From Leidyana gryllorum EB-2025a (lineage: Eukaryota > Protista > Apicomplexa), in contig JBLWGC010000217.1 of the NCBI GenBank assembly GCA_048772705.1, positions 1 through 64,000 on the forward strand: a stretch of 64,000 nt of DNA, given 5' to 3'. This document shows, in pieces, positions 33,585 to 45,403 of this stretch (position 1 is the stretch's first letter; every line of letters starts with the position of its first letter). The position numbers were made by a program, and so were the translations under genes. Under the pieces are notes generated by a model, which saw only the letters and a program-made list of their open reading frames with translations, was not told where the DNA came from and did no database searches.

Positions 33585-34347
33585 GGTAGGTAGTCACGGA
33601 AGGCGGTGAGGATGAGCACCTACCGCGGCCGTATGTGGGGCCACTGCCCGCTCAAAATGCGAGGACTTCTGGGGTTGGAGGCGGGCGTGTTTACTAGCGT
33701 CCGAGATAGTATAGTGGTCAGTATTCCGCCTGTCACGCGGAAGACCCGGGTTCGATTCCCGGTCTCGAAACGCAGGTGGTTTCGCTTAAGATTCTCTGCT
33801 TCGGTTCTCGCTGAAAGTTGCGAGCTACAGCCACCGAGGATCGAATTCGGGACTTCTGCGTGCGAAGCAGACGTCGTAACCACTAGACCATTGCTGCACG
33901 GATGGTCCCCGCAGCCCAAGACATGGCGAAGTTTCAGGGAGTAGTGAGGACCAGTTTCAAGGTCGCGCCGCGAATCGAACCCAGGTCGGGAGATTCAGAG
34001 TCTCCAGTGCTAACCACTACACGACGCAACCGGCTCAGCCCTCCAGTGCTAAACACTACACCAAGTAACCGATCAGCCCATCCAAAAGAGTCGGTAGAAT
34101 CATCCGGGCTAGCGTTCCCAACTGGACACATGCAACACGCGTCTCTCTACTGACCTTTGAAATATTGTAACTGACTCTGGTATCTTCGTCGGCAGAGTGT
34201 GTGATTGTAAAATGCAAACTCGGAAATCCGGGCTCTGAGGCAACCTTCACACATACTGCGGTGCCCGAGTCTAGCCAAGGGGTAAAGGGCACACTTGAAA
34301 GCTTTCAACTCTGTAGTAAAAAAGCGGCACTTGCAGACTACGAAGTT

Positions 34348-34420
34348 TGGACGACCTGGGCATCGATCCCAGTACCTCTCGCATGCTAAGCGAGCGCTCT
34401 ACCATTTGAGCTAGTCGCCC
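34348..34420 (-). tRNA. tRNA-Ala-AGC: tRNA-Ala(AGC)
   Basis: Intact cloverleaf. Confidence 0.93.
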
Positions 34421-34509
34421 TTTGTGCAGACCCCGTCGCATTTTGTTGATTCTCAACATCGTATGACCACTCTCGCGACTGTGCTCACCGCGTTGCACGA
34501 CCGACAGGC

Positions 34510-34581
34510 GGCTGTTTGGTCTAGTGGTATGATTCTTCCTTCGGGTGGAAGAAGTCCTGGGTTCGATTCCCAGAACAGCCC
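34510..34581 (+). tRNA. tRNA-Pro-CGG: tRNA-Pro(CGG)
   Basis: Intact cloverleaf. Confidence 0.92.
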
Positions 34582-34661
34582 GTTGGTTGTCGGTTGACCC
34601 GACGCTCTATCTCAGATCAAGAGGGTACGGCTCTCGGCTAAAGCTGCAGCTGAGGAAGTTG

Positions 34662-34734
34662 TCCACTGTAGTCTAAGTGGCTAGGATATGCGGCTCTCAC
34701 CCGCACGATCTGGGTTCAAGTCCCGGCAGTGGAA
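34662..34734 (+). tRNA. tRNA-Glu-CTC: tRNA-Glu(CTC)
   Basis: Loop CT-CTC-AC. Confidence 0.9.
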
Positions 34735-34810
34735 GTCATTGGACCATTCGAGCAAAGTGCGTCAGAAATCCCCGTCAATAGTGACTGATTCGTGATCTTT
34801 GGCTTGCATT

Positions 34811-34882
34811 GCCTTCTTAGCTTAGGGGCAGAGCATTCGCTTAGTAAGCGAAAGGTCGCCGGTTCGATTCCGGCAGAAGGCT
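34811..34882 (+). tRNA. tRNA-Thr-AGT: tRNA-Thr(AGT)
   Basis: Intact cloverleaf. Confidence 0.92.
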
Positions 34883-35114
34883 CGACTGCATCGAATGGGT
34901 ACCTGCAAGCTTATCGCAACTCCAATCATCGTAGCTGAGCCTCGTAGCTCAGCCATCAGAGTGTAAGTCTCTTAGCCACGAAGTCGCAGGTTTGGAACCT
35001 GCCAGTACCTGACGCACCCACAGCGCTCTGTTTGGTCCAGTTATATATTCTTCCTTTGGTGGAAGAAGTCCTGGGTTCGATTCCCAGAACAGCCCGTTTG
35101 ATAGTTGTTGACTC

Positions 35115-36958
35115 AATGCCACGTCTCTCCAAGGTCGGCTTCTATATGCGGCTCCCACTCTTACAATGCCGGATGAAGTCCAGACCAGCTGAGACAAAAT
35201 CTGAGTTGCACCAGTTGTGAGGGGCTGGAACTGCTCCGAGACCGGGAATCGAACACGGGTCTTCCGCGTGACAGGCGGAAATACTAATCACTATACTATC
35301 TCGGACGCTAGTAAACACGCCGGCCTCCAACCCCAGAACTCCTCGCATTTTGAATTTCACGGACAGGAAACGGGTAACACTTCGGCAAGATGGCCGAGTG
35401 CTGTGTGCAAGCCGCCGTCCGAAAATGCGGGCGGATGATCGCAACCATGTTTAGGCTAATGACTGAAGCCTCCTGCCGGAATCGAACCAGCGACCTTTCG
35501 CTTACAAAGCGAATGCTCTGCCCCTAAGCTAAGGAGGCATTCCCTGTCTCGACCCATATGAGTTTTTGATGCTGGGAATTGCATCATGTCCACCACATCG
35601 CACGACAACTGCTGGATTTGAACCAGCGCGGGCCAGGCCCGGTAGATTTCGAGTCTACCCCCTTAACCACTCGGGCAAGTTGCCACCTGTCGAACTCGGC
35701 ATTTTGCGGCCAGTGATGTCACATACGGTTCGGCAAGCTTGACTAGGACCCCAAACCGTTGTGAAAAAGTGCCAGCGAGTAAGAGATGTCGTCGGCAAGG
35801 TGGCCGAGTGGTTAAGGCGGCGGCCTGCTAAGCCGTTGGGTTCCACCCGCGTGAGTTCGAATCTCACCCTTGTCGGTAGCATTCGGGGAGAGCGCAACTG
35901 GTTGAATGATTGAACTGAGGTTTTTGCCCGACTCGAATCCAACTCTTTACGCTGGGGTCTGTATACAAGACCCGTGTTGCATGTGTCCAGTTGAGGAAGC
36001 GCTAGTCCGACTCTTCTGGGATGGGCTGAACCGGTTGCGTCCTTGGTGGTTAGCACTCGACACTTTGGATTTTCCGACCTGGGTTCGATCCCGGCGCGAT
36101 GAACTGGTCCTCACTACTCCCTGAAGCTTCGCCACTTCTCTTGGGCTGCGGGGACCATCCATGCAGTCATGGTCTAGTGGTTACGACGTGTGCTTAACAC
36201 GCAGAAGGTCCCGAGTTCGATCCTCGGTGGCTGTAGCTTGCAACTTTCAGCGGGCACCAAAAAAGACAATCTTAAGCGAGATCAACTGTGCTCCGAGACC
36301 GGGAATCGAACCCGGGTCTTCCGCGTGACAGGCGGAAATACTAACCACTATACTATCTCGGACGCTCCGAACACACCGGCCTGAAACCCCAAAAGTCCTT
36401 CCATCTTGAGATCCAGGGATAGAAAACGCGTGGAGCGGCGAGCCAACAACATCCCGGCAAGATGACCGAGTGGTCTGAGGCGGTGTGCTCAGACCGGAGT
36501 CTGAAAGGTCGTGGGTTCGAATCCCACTTTTGTCAGGCTGCGCCCCAAACGGGAAAAACATAGAGTCCGGTTGAGCCCAGAGTGATTCGAACACCCAACC
36601 TTCTGATCTGGAGTCAGGCGCGCTACCGTTGCCCCATAGGCCCAAAACCATCCCCCGTTCCAGACTCATTTACCGGCAATCGGCCCGCTTCTTACGCGTG
36701 ACATGCGAAAATAGTAACCACTATGAACAGGCCACGGACATTCCATTCGTTCAGAAAACGGCCGTTACCGTGTACGAGCTTCAACAACAAGGTGTCACGC
36801 ATCTGTGGTCTAGTGGTAGAATGTCTCGTTGCCATCGAGACGACCCGGGTTCGATTCCCGGCAGATGCAGATGACACATGGTTGCTTTTCCACCATTCAG
36901 AAATTCAAGCGTGAGTTGGTGTTTAACCCTCCAACCACATCGCACGACAACTGCTGGA
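35115..36958 (+). repeat. ~1.85-kb block, inverted repeat of ~41365-43233; parts also at ~500-1740 and ~19825-21150
   Basis: Asp-Leu*-Thr-Ser-Ser-Gln*-Val-Asp-Leu*-Trp-Asp*-Gly-Ser with near-identical spacers. Confidence 0.88.
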
Positions 36959-38754
36959 TTTGAACCAGCGCGGGCCCGGCCCAGTAGATTTCTAGTCTAC
37001 CCCCTTAACCACTCGGGCAAGTTGCCCTTGTCCAACTTGGCATTTTGCGGCCAATGGCTTCACATACGGTTCAGCAAGCTTTACTAGGACTGCTCGCGCC
37101 GCCCGAACCCGCGGTTCTCCCTTCAAAAGTCTTGCGCTCTACCGACGGAGTTGGGGCGGCAAGAAAGCTCGGACTTGGTAACAAATTCCAGTCGTATTGA
37201 TGGTGGAATCTTTCCGAGACGGTTCGGCTCTCGGCCGTAGGATATGCGGCTTTCACCCGCACGATCCGGGTTCAAGTCCCGGCAGTGGAAGTCATTGAAG
37301 TACTCGAGCAAAGTGCTCCACTAATCTCCGTCAGTAGCCATCGTTTCGTTATCTCCAACTTACATTGCCTTCTTAGCTTAGGGGCAGAGCATTCGCTTAG
37401 TAAGCGAAAGGTCGCCGATTTGATTCCGGCAGAAGGCTTTGCTCACGACCCAATCAATTCTATAACTGTTTCCCTCCTGCGCACACTTAGCAGTGCGTCG
37501 TTTCGATCGACGAACCTTTGGGTTATGAGCCCAACACTCTTCCACTGAGCTACACTGCTCAGTCTGCAACATGGAAGAGGGAACCGAAATGCGATTCTTG
37601 AGATGTTAATGGCTTTGAGTGCCGAAGTGGGCCAACGAGGTGGCTGTGTTGGCTGTGAGGGCAACTTGTCCCGTCGGGTCAACCGACAACCAACGGGCTG
37701 TTCTGGGAATCGAACCCAGGACTCCTTCCACCCAAGGAAGGATCATACCACTAGACCAAACAGCCGACTGGTCGGTCGTGCAACCCGCTGAGGACATTTG
37801 ACCTGGTGGTCATACTATGTTGAGAACCAACAAATGCGATGGGTCTGCACAACAAAATAGAAGGACTTTTGGGGTTTCAGGCCGGTTTGTTCGGAGCGTC
37901 CGAGATAGTATAGTGGTTAGTATTTCCGCCTGTCACGCGGAAGACCCGGGTTCGATTTCCGGTCTCGAAGCACACTTGATTTCGCTTAAGGTTCTCCCCT
38001 TTGGTTCCCGCTGAAAGTTGCGAGCTACAGCCACCGAGGATCGAACTCGGGACCTTCTGCGTGTGAAGCAGACGTCGTGACCACTAGACCATGGCTGCAG
38101 AGAAGGTCCCGCAGACCAAGAGAAGTGGCGAGGTTTTACGAAGTACTGAGTACTAGTTTTGAGGTCGCGCCGGGAATCGAACGCAGGTCGGGAGATTCAG
38201 AGTCTCCAGTGCTAACCACTACACCACGCAACCCATTCAGTCCTTCCCAAAAAAGAGTTGATAGAGCCATCCGGACTAGCGCTCCCTCAACTAGATCATC
38301 AGGATACGTGTTTCCAGAGACACACGCCTTTTTTCCCAGTCCGCAGGCTCCGTGCAGCCATGGTCTAGTGGTCACGACGTCTGCTTCACACGCAGAAGGT
38401 CCCGAGTCCGATCCTCGGTGGCTGTAGCTCGCAACTTTCAGCGATATCCGAAAGAAACAATCCTAAGCGCAACCAACTGTGCTCCGAGACCGGGAATCGA
38501 TCTTGGTTTTCCGCGTGATAGATCCTCTGGATACGCTGGCCCCCAACCCCAGAAGTTCTTCCATTTTGAGATTCCACGGATAGAAAACGCGTGGAGCGGC
38601 GAGCCAACAACATTTCGGCAAGATGGCCGAGTGGTCCAAGGCGCTGTGTTCAGGCCGCAGTCCGAAAGGGCGTGGGTTCGAATCCCACTCTAGTCAGCCG
38701 TTGTATCGGCTCGGTCAGCCACTGGATGCAATAGGTCTTCCATGTAGAGCGGAT

Positions 38755-38827
38755 GGGCGGCTAGCTCAGATGGTAGAGCGCTCGCTTTGCATGCGAGAGG
38801 TACTGGGATCGATACCCAGGTCGTCCA
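38755..38827 (+). tRNA. tRNA-Ala-TGC: tRNA-Ala(TGC)
   Basis: Intact cloverleaf. Confidence 0.92.
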
Positions 38828-39407
38828 AACTTTGTAGTGCTGCAACTGGCGCTATTTGACTACAGAGCTGAGAGCTTTAAGGGTGCCCTGTAGCCCTTGA
38901 ATAGACTTGGGCACCGCACTTCAACTCGACATGCGCAGCAGTGGCCCCCATACAGCTAGCAAGCTTGCCTCGGTCGAAACGGAACGTCTTCCGGGTGCGA
39001 GGCTATGATGCGGATGGCCATATCCATTAGACCACCGCACCATAGACAAGCTTTGGTCATCTCGGGAGCTTGTCCACTGTAGTCTAAGTGGCTAGGATAT
39101 GCCGCTTTCACCCGCACGATCCGGGTTCAAGTCCCGGCAGTGGAAGTTACTCGAGCAAAGTGCTCCAGTATTCCCCGTCAATAGTAACTGATTCGTGATC
39201 TTCGGCTTGTATTGCCTTCTTAGCTTAGGGGCAGAGCATTCGCTTAGTAAGCGAAAGGTCGCCGGTTCGATTCCGGCAGAAGGCTTGCTCACGAGCTTAA
39301 GCTTTTCTGGCTGGTCTCTCAGATCTCGATAACGACCTGAGAGGGCTGCAAAATTCTTCGGTAGAAGATGAAGGATCTCCCTACTAACCTCTGAAAGATT
39401 GTCACTG

Positions 39408-39480
39408 GGTCTTGTAGCTCAGTCGGCAGAGCGTGTGGCTGTTAACCACAAAGTCGCAGGTTCGAAACCTGCCAGGACCG
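39408..39480 (+). tRNA. tRNA-Asn-GTT: tRNA-Asn(GTT)
   Basis: Intact cloverleaf. Confidence 0.93.
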
Positions 39481-39743
39481 GGTGCTGCGGCACCGTACTC
39501 TCTAGACGGCACTTGTGCTCTTGGACCCTTCCAAGGTCGTAAATATGTATTTAAATACCGGCAGTTGCAGACTACGAAGTTTGGACGACCTGGGCATCGA
39601 TCCCAGTACCTCTCGCATGCTAAGCGAGCGCTCTACCATTTGAGCCAGTAGCCCATTGTGGAGACCCCATTGCATTTTTTTGTTCTCAACATCGTATGAC
39701 CACTCTCTCGACTGTACCCAGCGGGTTGAACCACCGGCTAGGC

Positions 39744-39815
39744 GGCTGTTTGGTCTAGTGGTATGATCCTTCCTTAGGGTGGAAGGAGTCCTGGGTTCGA
39801 TTCCCAGAACAGCCC
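39744..39815 (+). tRNA. tRNA-Pro-AGG: tRNA-Pro(AGG)
   Basis: Intact cloverleaf. Confidence 0.92.
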
Positions 39816-39911
39816 GTCTGATAGTTGTTGACGCAACAGGGCACTCGACCCATACAGCTAAGACAGGATCTGAGTTGTTGACTCAACAGGCTGCAACCCG
39901 GCCATTCGTCC

Positions 39912-39984
39912 AGACGCTACTGGGACTCGAACCCAGAATCCCCGGTTCCGTAGACCGATGCCATATCCATTAGGCCATAGCGCC
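39912..39984 (-). tRNA. tRNA-Arg-ACG: tRNA-Arg(ACG)
   Basis: Intact cloverleaf. Confidence 0.92.
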
Positions 39985-40254
39985 GACTAGCGGAGCCGTC
40001 AAATGGGAGTGTGTAGCGATCAAGACAGGACATGGGCAGCTACGCCCGATGGTGGGTGTGGGCAGACTTCACCCACATCTCCCATTCGAGACATCGGGGA
40101 CATACTATCCAAGCCAGGATTCGGGCCTGGGTATGCACGGCCACAACTTGCTGTTGTAAGCACCTAGACGACCCGGACAATCTTCAAGTGAGGCTGGTGG
40201 GTACCAAAGCCACTTAAGATGTCGGGCTATCGGGTTTTTTGTCCTTGCATTCCT

Positions 40255-40327
40255 GCCGCCCTAGCTCAGTCGGTAGAGCGCAAGACTTTTAATCTTGCAG
40301 TCGCGGGTTCGAGCCCCGCGGGCGGTG
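40255..40327 (+). tRNA. tRNA-Lys-TTT: tRNA-Lys(TTT)
   Basis: CAAGA-CT-TTT-AA-TCTTG. Confidence 0.93.
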
Positions 40328-41698
40328 CAAATCAATGTCTCTGGGAGTAGGAATGGAACCGTTGCCTACAAGCACACTCTGCTGGATTTCCACTGCCGGG
40401 ACTTGAACCCGGATCGTGCGGGTGAGAGCCGCATATCCGAGCCATTTAGACTACAGTGGACAACTTCCTCAGCTGCAGCTTTGGACGAAAGCCGTGCCAT
40501 CTTGAGATGAGATGGAGCGTCGGGTCAACCGACAAGCAACGGGGCTGTTCTGGGAATCGAACCCAGGACTTCTTCCACCCGAAGGAAGAATCATACCACT
40601 AGACCAAACAGCCGCCTGTCGGTCGTGCAACCTGCTGAGTACAGTTGAGATAGTGGTCATACTATGTCGAGAACCAACAAATGCGATGGGGTCTGCTCAA
40701 CAAAATGGAAAGACTTTTGGAGTTGGAGGCCGGCGTATTTAGAGCGGCCGAGATAGTCTAGTGGTTAGTATTTCCGCCTATCACGCGCAACACCAGGTTC
40801 GATTCCCGGTCTCGGAGCACACCTGGTTGCGGCGCGACCTCAAAACTAGTCTTCACTTCGTGAAACCTCGCCACTTCTCTTGGTCTGCGGGACCTTCGCT
40901 GCCGCCATGGTCTAGTGGTCACGACGTCTGCTTAACACGCAGAAGGTCCCGAGTTCGATCCTCGGTGGCTGTAAACTCGCGTTTGTCAGGTGAGCACCAC
41001 GAAATCTAAAGCGGAAGAACGAAGTGTCTCCGAGACCGGGAATCGAACCCGGGTCTTCCGAGTGATAGGCGGAAATACTAAGCACTATACTATGTCCGAC
41101 GCGGGCAGAAGGCTCGCACGGGCGCGAGGGATGACACCAAATGTCACAAACTCGCTGCCTCGGCCGTGGAGCGAACACGGGACTTCCAGATCTTCAGTCT
41201 GGCGCTCTCCCAACTGAGCTACCGAGGCACTAGGTAGTCATGGAAGGCGGTGAAAATAAGCACTTACCGCGGCCGGCCACTCCTCGCCTCACGCCGGAAT
41301 CGACAGTTGCCAACTTGCCCGAGTGGGGAAGGGGGGTAGATTTGAATTCTACTGGGCCTGGACAGATCCAGCAGTTGTCGTGCGATGTGGTTGGAGGGTT
41401 AAACACCAACTCACGCTTGAATTTCTGAATGGTGGAAAAGCAACCATGTGTCATCTGCATCGGCCGGGATTCGAACCCGGGTCGTCTCAATGGCAACGAG
41501 ACATTCTACCACTAGACCACAGATGCGTGACACCTTGTTGTTGAAGCTCGTACACGGTAACGGCCGTTTTCTGAACAAATGGAATGTCCGTGGCGTGTTC
41601 GGAGCGTCCGAGATAGCATAGTGGTTACTATTTTCGCATGTCACGCCTAAGAAGCGGGCCGATTGCCGGTAAATGAGTCTGGAACGGGGGATGGTTTT

Positions 41699-41770
41699 GG
41701 GCCTATGGCGCAACGGTAGCGCGTCTGACTACAGATCAGAAGGTTGGGTGTTCGAATCACTCTGGGCTCA
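41699..41770 (+). tRNA. tRNA-Trp body with ACA (Cys) anticodon
   Basis: Matches the Trp gene except loop CT-ACA-GA. Confidence 0.78.
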
Positions 41771-43417
41771 ACCGGACTCTATGTTTTTCCCGTTTGGGGC
41801 GCAACCTGACAAAAGTGGGATTCGGACCCACGACCTTTCGGACTCCGGTCTGAGCACAGCGCCTCAGACCACTCGGTCATCTTGCCGGGATGTTGTTGGC
41901 TCGCCGCTCCACGCGTTTTCTATCCCTGGAATCTCAAGTTGGAAGGACTTTTGGGGTTTCAGGCCGGTGTGTTCGGAGCGTCCGAGATAGTATAGTGGTT
42001 AGTATTTCCGCCTGTCACGCGGAAGACCCGGGTTCGATTCCCGGTCTCGGAGCACAGTTGATCTCGCTTAAGATTGTCTTTTTTGGTGCCCGCTGAAAGT
42101 TGCGAGCTACAGCCACCGAGGATCGAACTCGGGACCTTCTGCGTGTTAAGCAGACGTCGTAACCACTAGACCATGGCTGCATGGATGGTCCCCGCAGCCC
42201 AAGAGAAGTGGCGAAGCTTCAGGGAGTAGTGAGGACCAGTTCAAGGGTCGCGCCGGGATCGAACCCAGGTCGGAAAATCCAAAGTGTCGAGTGCTAACCA
42301 CCAAGGACGCAACCGGTTCAGCCCATCCCAGAAGAGTCGGACTAGCGCTTCCTCAACTGGACACATGCAACACGGGTCTTGTATACAGACCCCAGCGTAA
42401 AGCGTTGGATTCGAGTCGGCCAAAATCCTCAGTTCAATCATTGAAGCAGATGCGCTCTCCCCGAATGCTACCGACAAGGGTGAGATTCGAACTCACGCGG
42501 GTAGAACCCAACGGCTTAGCAGGCCGCCGCCTTAACCACTCGGCCACCTTGCCGACGACATGTCTTACTCGCTGGCACTTTTTCACCACGGTTTGGGGTC
42601 CTGGTCAAGCTTGCCGAACCGTATGTGACATCACTGGCCGCAAAATGCCAAGTTCGACAGGTGGCAACTTGCCCGAGTGGTTAAGGGGGTAGACTCGAAA
42701 TCTACTGGGCCTGGCCCGCGCTGGTTCAAATCCAGCAGTTGTCGTGCGATGTGGTGGAAATGATGCAATTCCCAGCATCAAAAACTCATATGGGTCGAGA
42801 CAGGGAATGCCTCCTTAGCTTAGGGGCAGAGCATTCGCTTTGTAAGCGAAAGGTCGCTGGTTCGATTCCGGCAGGAGGCTTCAGTCATTAGCCTAAACAT
42901 GGTTGCGATCATCCGCCCGCATTTTCGGACGGCGGCTTGCACACAGCACTCGGCCATCTTGCCGAAGTGTTACCCGTTTCCTGTCCGTGAAATCTCAAAA
43001 TGCGAGGAGTTCTGGGGTTGGAGGCCGGCGTGTTTACTAGCGTCCGAGATAGTATAGTGGTCAGTATTTCCGCCTGTCACGCGGAAGACCCGGGTTCGAT
43101 TCCCGGTCTCGGAGCAGTTCCAGCCCTCACAACTGGTGCAACTCCGATTTTGTCTCAGCTGGTCTGGACTTCATTCGGGATTGTACGAGTGGGAGCCGCG
43201 TATAGTAGCCGACCTTGGAGAGACGTGGCATTGAACCCAGGACTTCTTCCAGCCGCAGAAAGAATCATATAACTAGACCAAACAGCCCCCTATGGGTGCC
43301 TCAGGTACTGGCAGGTTCCAAACCTGCGACTTCGTGGCTGAGAGACTTACCTCTGATGGCTGAGCTACGATTATTGGAGTTTGCGAGCAGCTTGCCGGTG
43401 CCCAGTCGATGCAGTCG

Positions 43418-43497
43418 AGCCTTCAGCCGGATTCGAACCCACGCCCTTTCGGACTGCGGCTTGAACACAGCGCCTTAGACCACTCGGCCATCTTGCC
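43418..43497 (-). pseudogene. Chimeric Leu/Thr tRNA
   Basis: Leu body (anticodon CAA variant) up to the T-loop, then Thr 3' end CCGGCTGAAGGCT; junction in the B-box. Confidence 0.8.
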
Positions 43498-43592
43498 GGA
43501 GCGTTCTTGGCTCGCCACTTTACACGTTTTCTGTCCGTGAAGTCTCGAGGAGGGAGAACTTTTGGGGTTGAAGGCCGGTGTGTTTGTGAGCC

Positions 43593-43664
43593 ACCGAGAT
43601 AGTATGGTGGTTAGTATTTCCGCCTCTCACGCGGAAGACCCGGGTTCGATTCCCGGTCTCGGAG
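43593..43664 (+). pseudogene. tRNA-Asp body with CTC (Glu) anticodon
   Basis: Loop CT-CTC-AC, T1A; the paralog at ~58774-58845 keeps GTC. Confidence 0.72.
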
Positions 43665-44511
43665 ATAGATCGTCTTCCGCTCAAGATTCCGTGATGCTTG
43701 CCTGAACGATGTGTGTTACAGCCACCGAGGATTGAACTCCGGACCTTCTGCGTTTTAAGCAGACGTCGTGACCACTAGATGGCTGCACGGAGCTTCCGGA
43801 CTGCCGAAGGGGCGTGTGTCTCCGGAAACGCGTATCCGATGAGCCTGGTTCATATGTACCGGCCTAAGTTGGACAGCCTGGAGTAGTTAAGACCCTTCGT
43901 TCTGTATTCAGGAATGGAGGTGTCACGCATTTGTGGTTTAGTGGTAGACTGTGTCGTTGCCGCCTAGACGACCCAGGTTCGATTCCCACAGATGTAGAGA
44001 AGATGGCAGAGGGTTGATTCAGGCACCATTCTGGGGTTTCAGACTTGAGTTGTTGTCTGCCCCTCCAATCACATCATACGACAGCTGCTGGATTCGAACC
44101 AGCGCGGGCCAGACCCAGAAGATTTCAAGTCTACCCCCTTAACCACTCGGGCACGTTGCCAACGGTCGAATTCGGCATGCCGCGAGGAGTGACCAAATGC
44201 CCCCATGTTCAGCCTGTCCTGCGGCATTGATAGGTGTCTAAACTGACCTCTCGCCTGCCAAGTCACCGCTCTACCACTTGAGATAGCCGCCCACCCGCCA
44301 AACCTGGGTGAACTTCCAATCTGAGACCGACTCACAGTTCTCTGGCGCCTCATTCGTCAGTGCAACTGTTGTGACTCGTCCACTGTAGTCTAAGTGGCTA
44401 GGATATGCGGCTCTCACCCGCACGATCCGGGTTCACGTCCCGGCAGTGGAAATCCAGCTGAGTGTGCTTGTAGGCAACAGTTCCATTCCTACTCCCAGGG
44501 AAACAGATGCA

Positions 44512-44584
44512 CACCGCCCGCGGGGCTCGAACCCGCGACTGCAAGATTAAGAGTCTTGCGCTCTACCGACTGAGCTAGGGCGGC
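44512..44584 (-). tRNA. tRNA-Lys-CTT: tRNA-Lys(CTT)
   Basis: Intact; body matches Lys-TTT. Confidence 0.93.
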
Positions 44585-45047
44585 AAGGAAGCTTTAAACT
44601 TAGTTACACCCTATTTGCCGTTGGGTGGACAGTGGAAGTCAGTTCATGTCTCCGTGTGTATATCCCGTCGCATGCACCCAAATATTTGCCGGGATGTTGT
44701 TGGCTCGCTGCTCCACGCGTTTTCTATCCCTGGAATCTCAAGATGGAAGGACTTTTGGGGTTTCAGGCTGGAGTGTTCGGAGCGTCCGAGATAGTATAGT
44801 GGTTAGTATTTCCGCCTGTCACGCGGAAGACCCGGGTTCGATTCCCGGTCTCGGAGCACAGTTGATCTCGCTTAAGATTGTCTTTTTTGGTGCCCGCTGA
44901 AAGTTGCGAGCTACAGCCACCGAGGATCGAACTCAGGACCTTCTGCGTGTGAAGCAGACGTCGTAACCATTAGACCTTGGCTGGTGGATGGTCCCCGCAG
45001 CCCAAGAGAAGTGGCGAAGCCTCAGGGAGTAGTGAGGACCAGTTCCA

Positions 45048-45119
45048 AGGTCGCGCCGGGAATCGAACCCAGGTCGGGAGATTCAGAGTCTCCAGTGCTA
45101 ACCACTACACCACGCAACC
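45048..45119 (-). tRNA. tRNA-Gln-CTG: tRNA-Gln(CTG)
   Basis: Intact cloverleaf. Confidence 0.93.
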
Positions 45120-45321
45120 GGTTCAGGCCACCCAAAAGAGTCGGTAGAATCATCCGGACTAGCGCTTCCTCAACTGGACACACGCAACACGGGTCTCTTT
45201 ACTGACCTCTGGGAATATTTTAGGTGGCTCGTGTATATAGCGCCCAGCGTAGAGCGTTGGATTTGTCGGACAGAATGCTCACTTCAATCATTGAAGCAAT
45301 TGCGCTCTTCGCGAATGCTAC

Positions 45322-45403
45322 CGTCAAGGGTGAGTTTCGAACTCACGCGGGTAACACCCAACGGCTTAACAGGCCGCCGCCTTAACCACTCGGCCACCTT
45401 GCC
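45322..45403 (-). pseudogene. tRNA-Ser(GCT) body with GTT (Asn) anticodon
   Basis: Loop CT-GTT-AA, acceptor mismatch. Confidence 0.7.
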
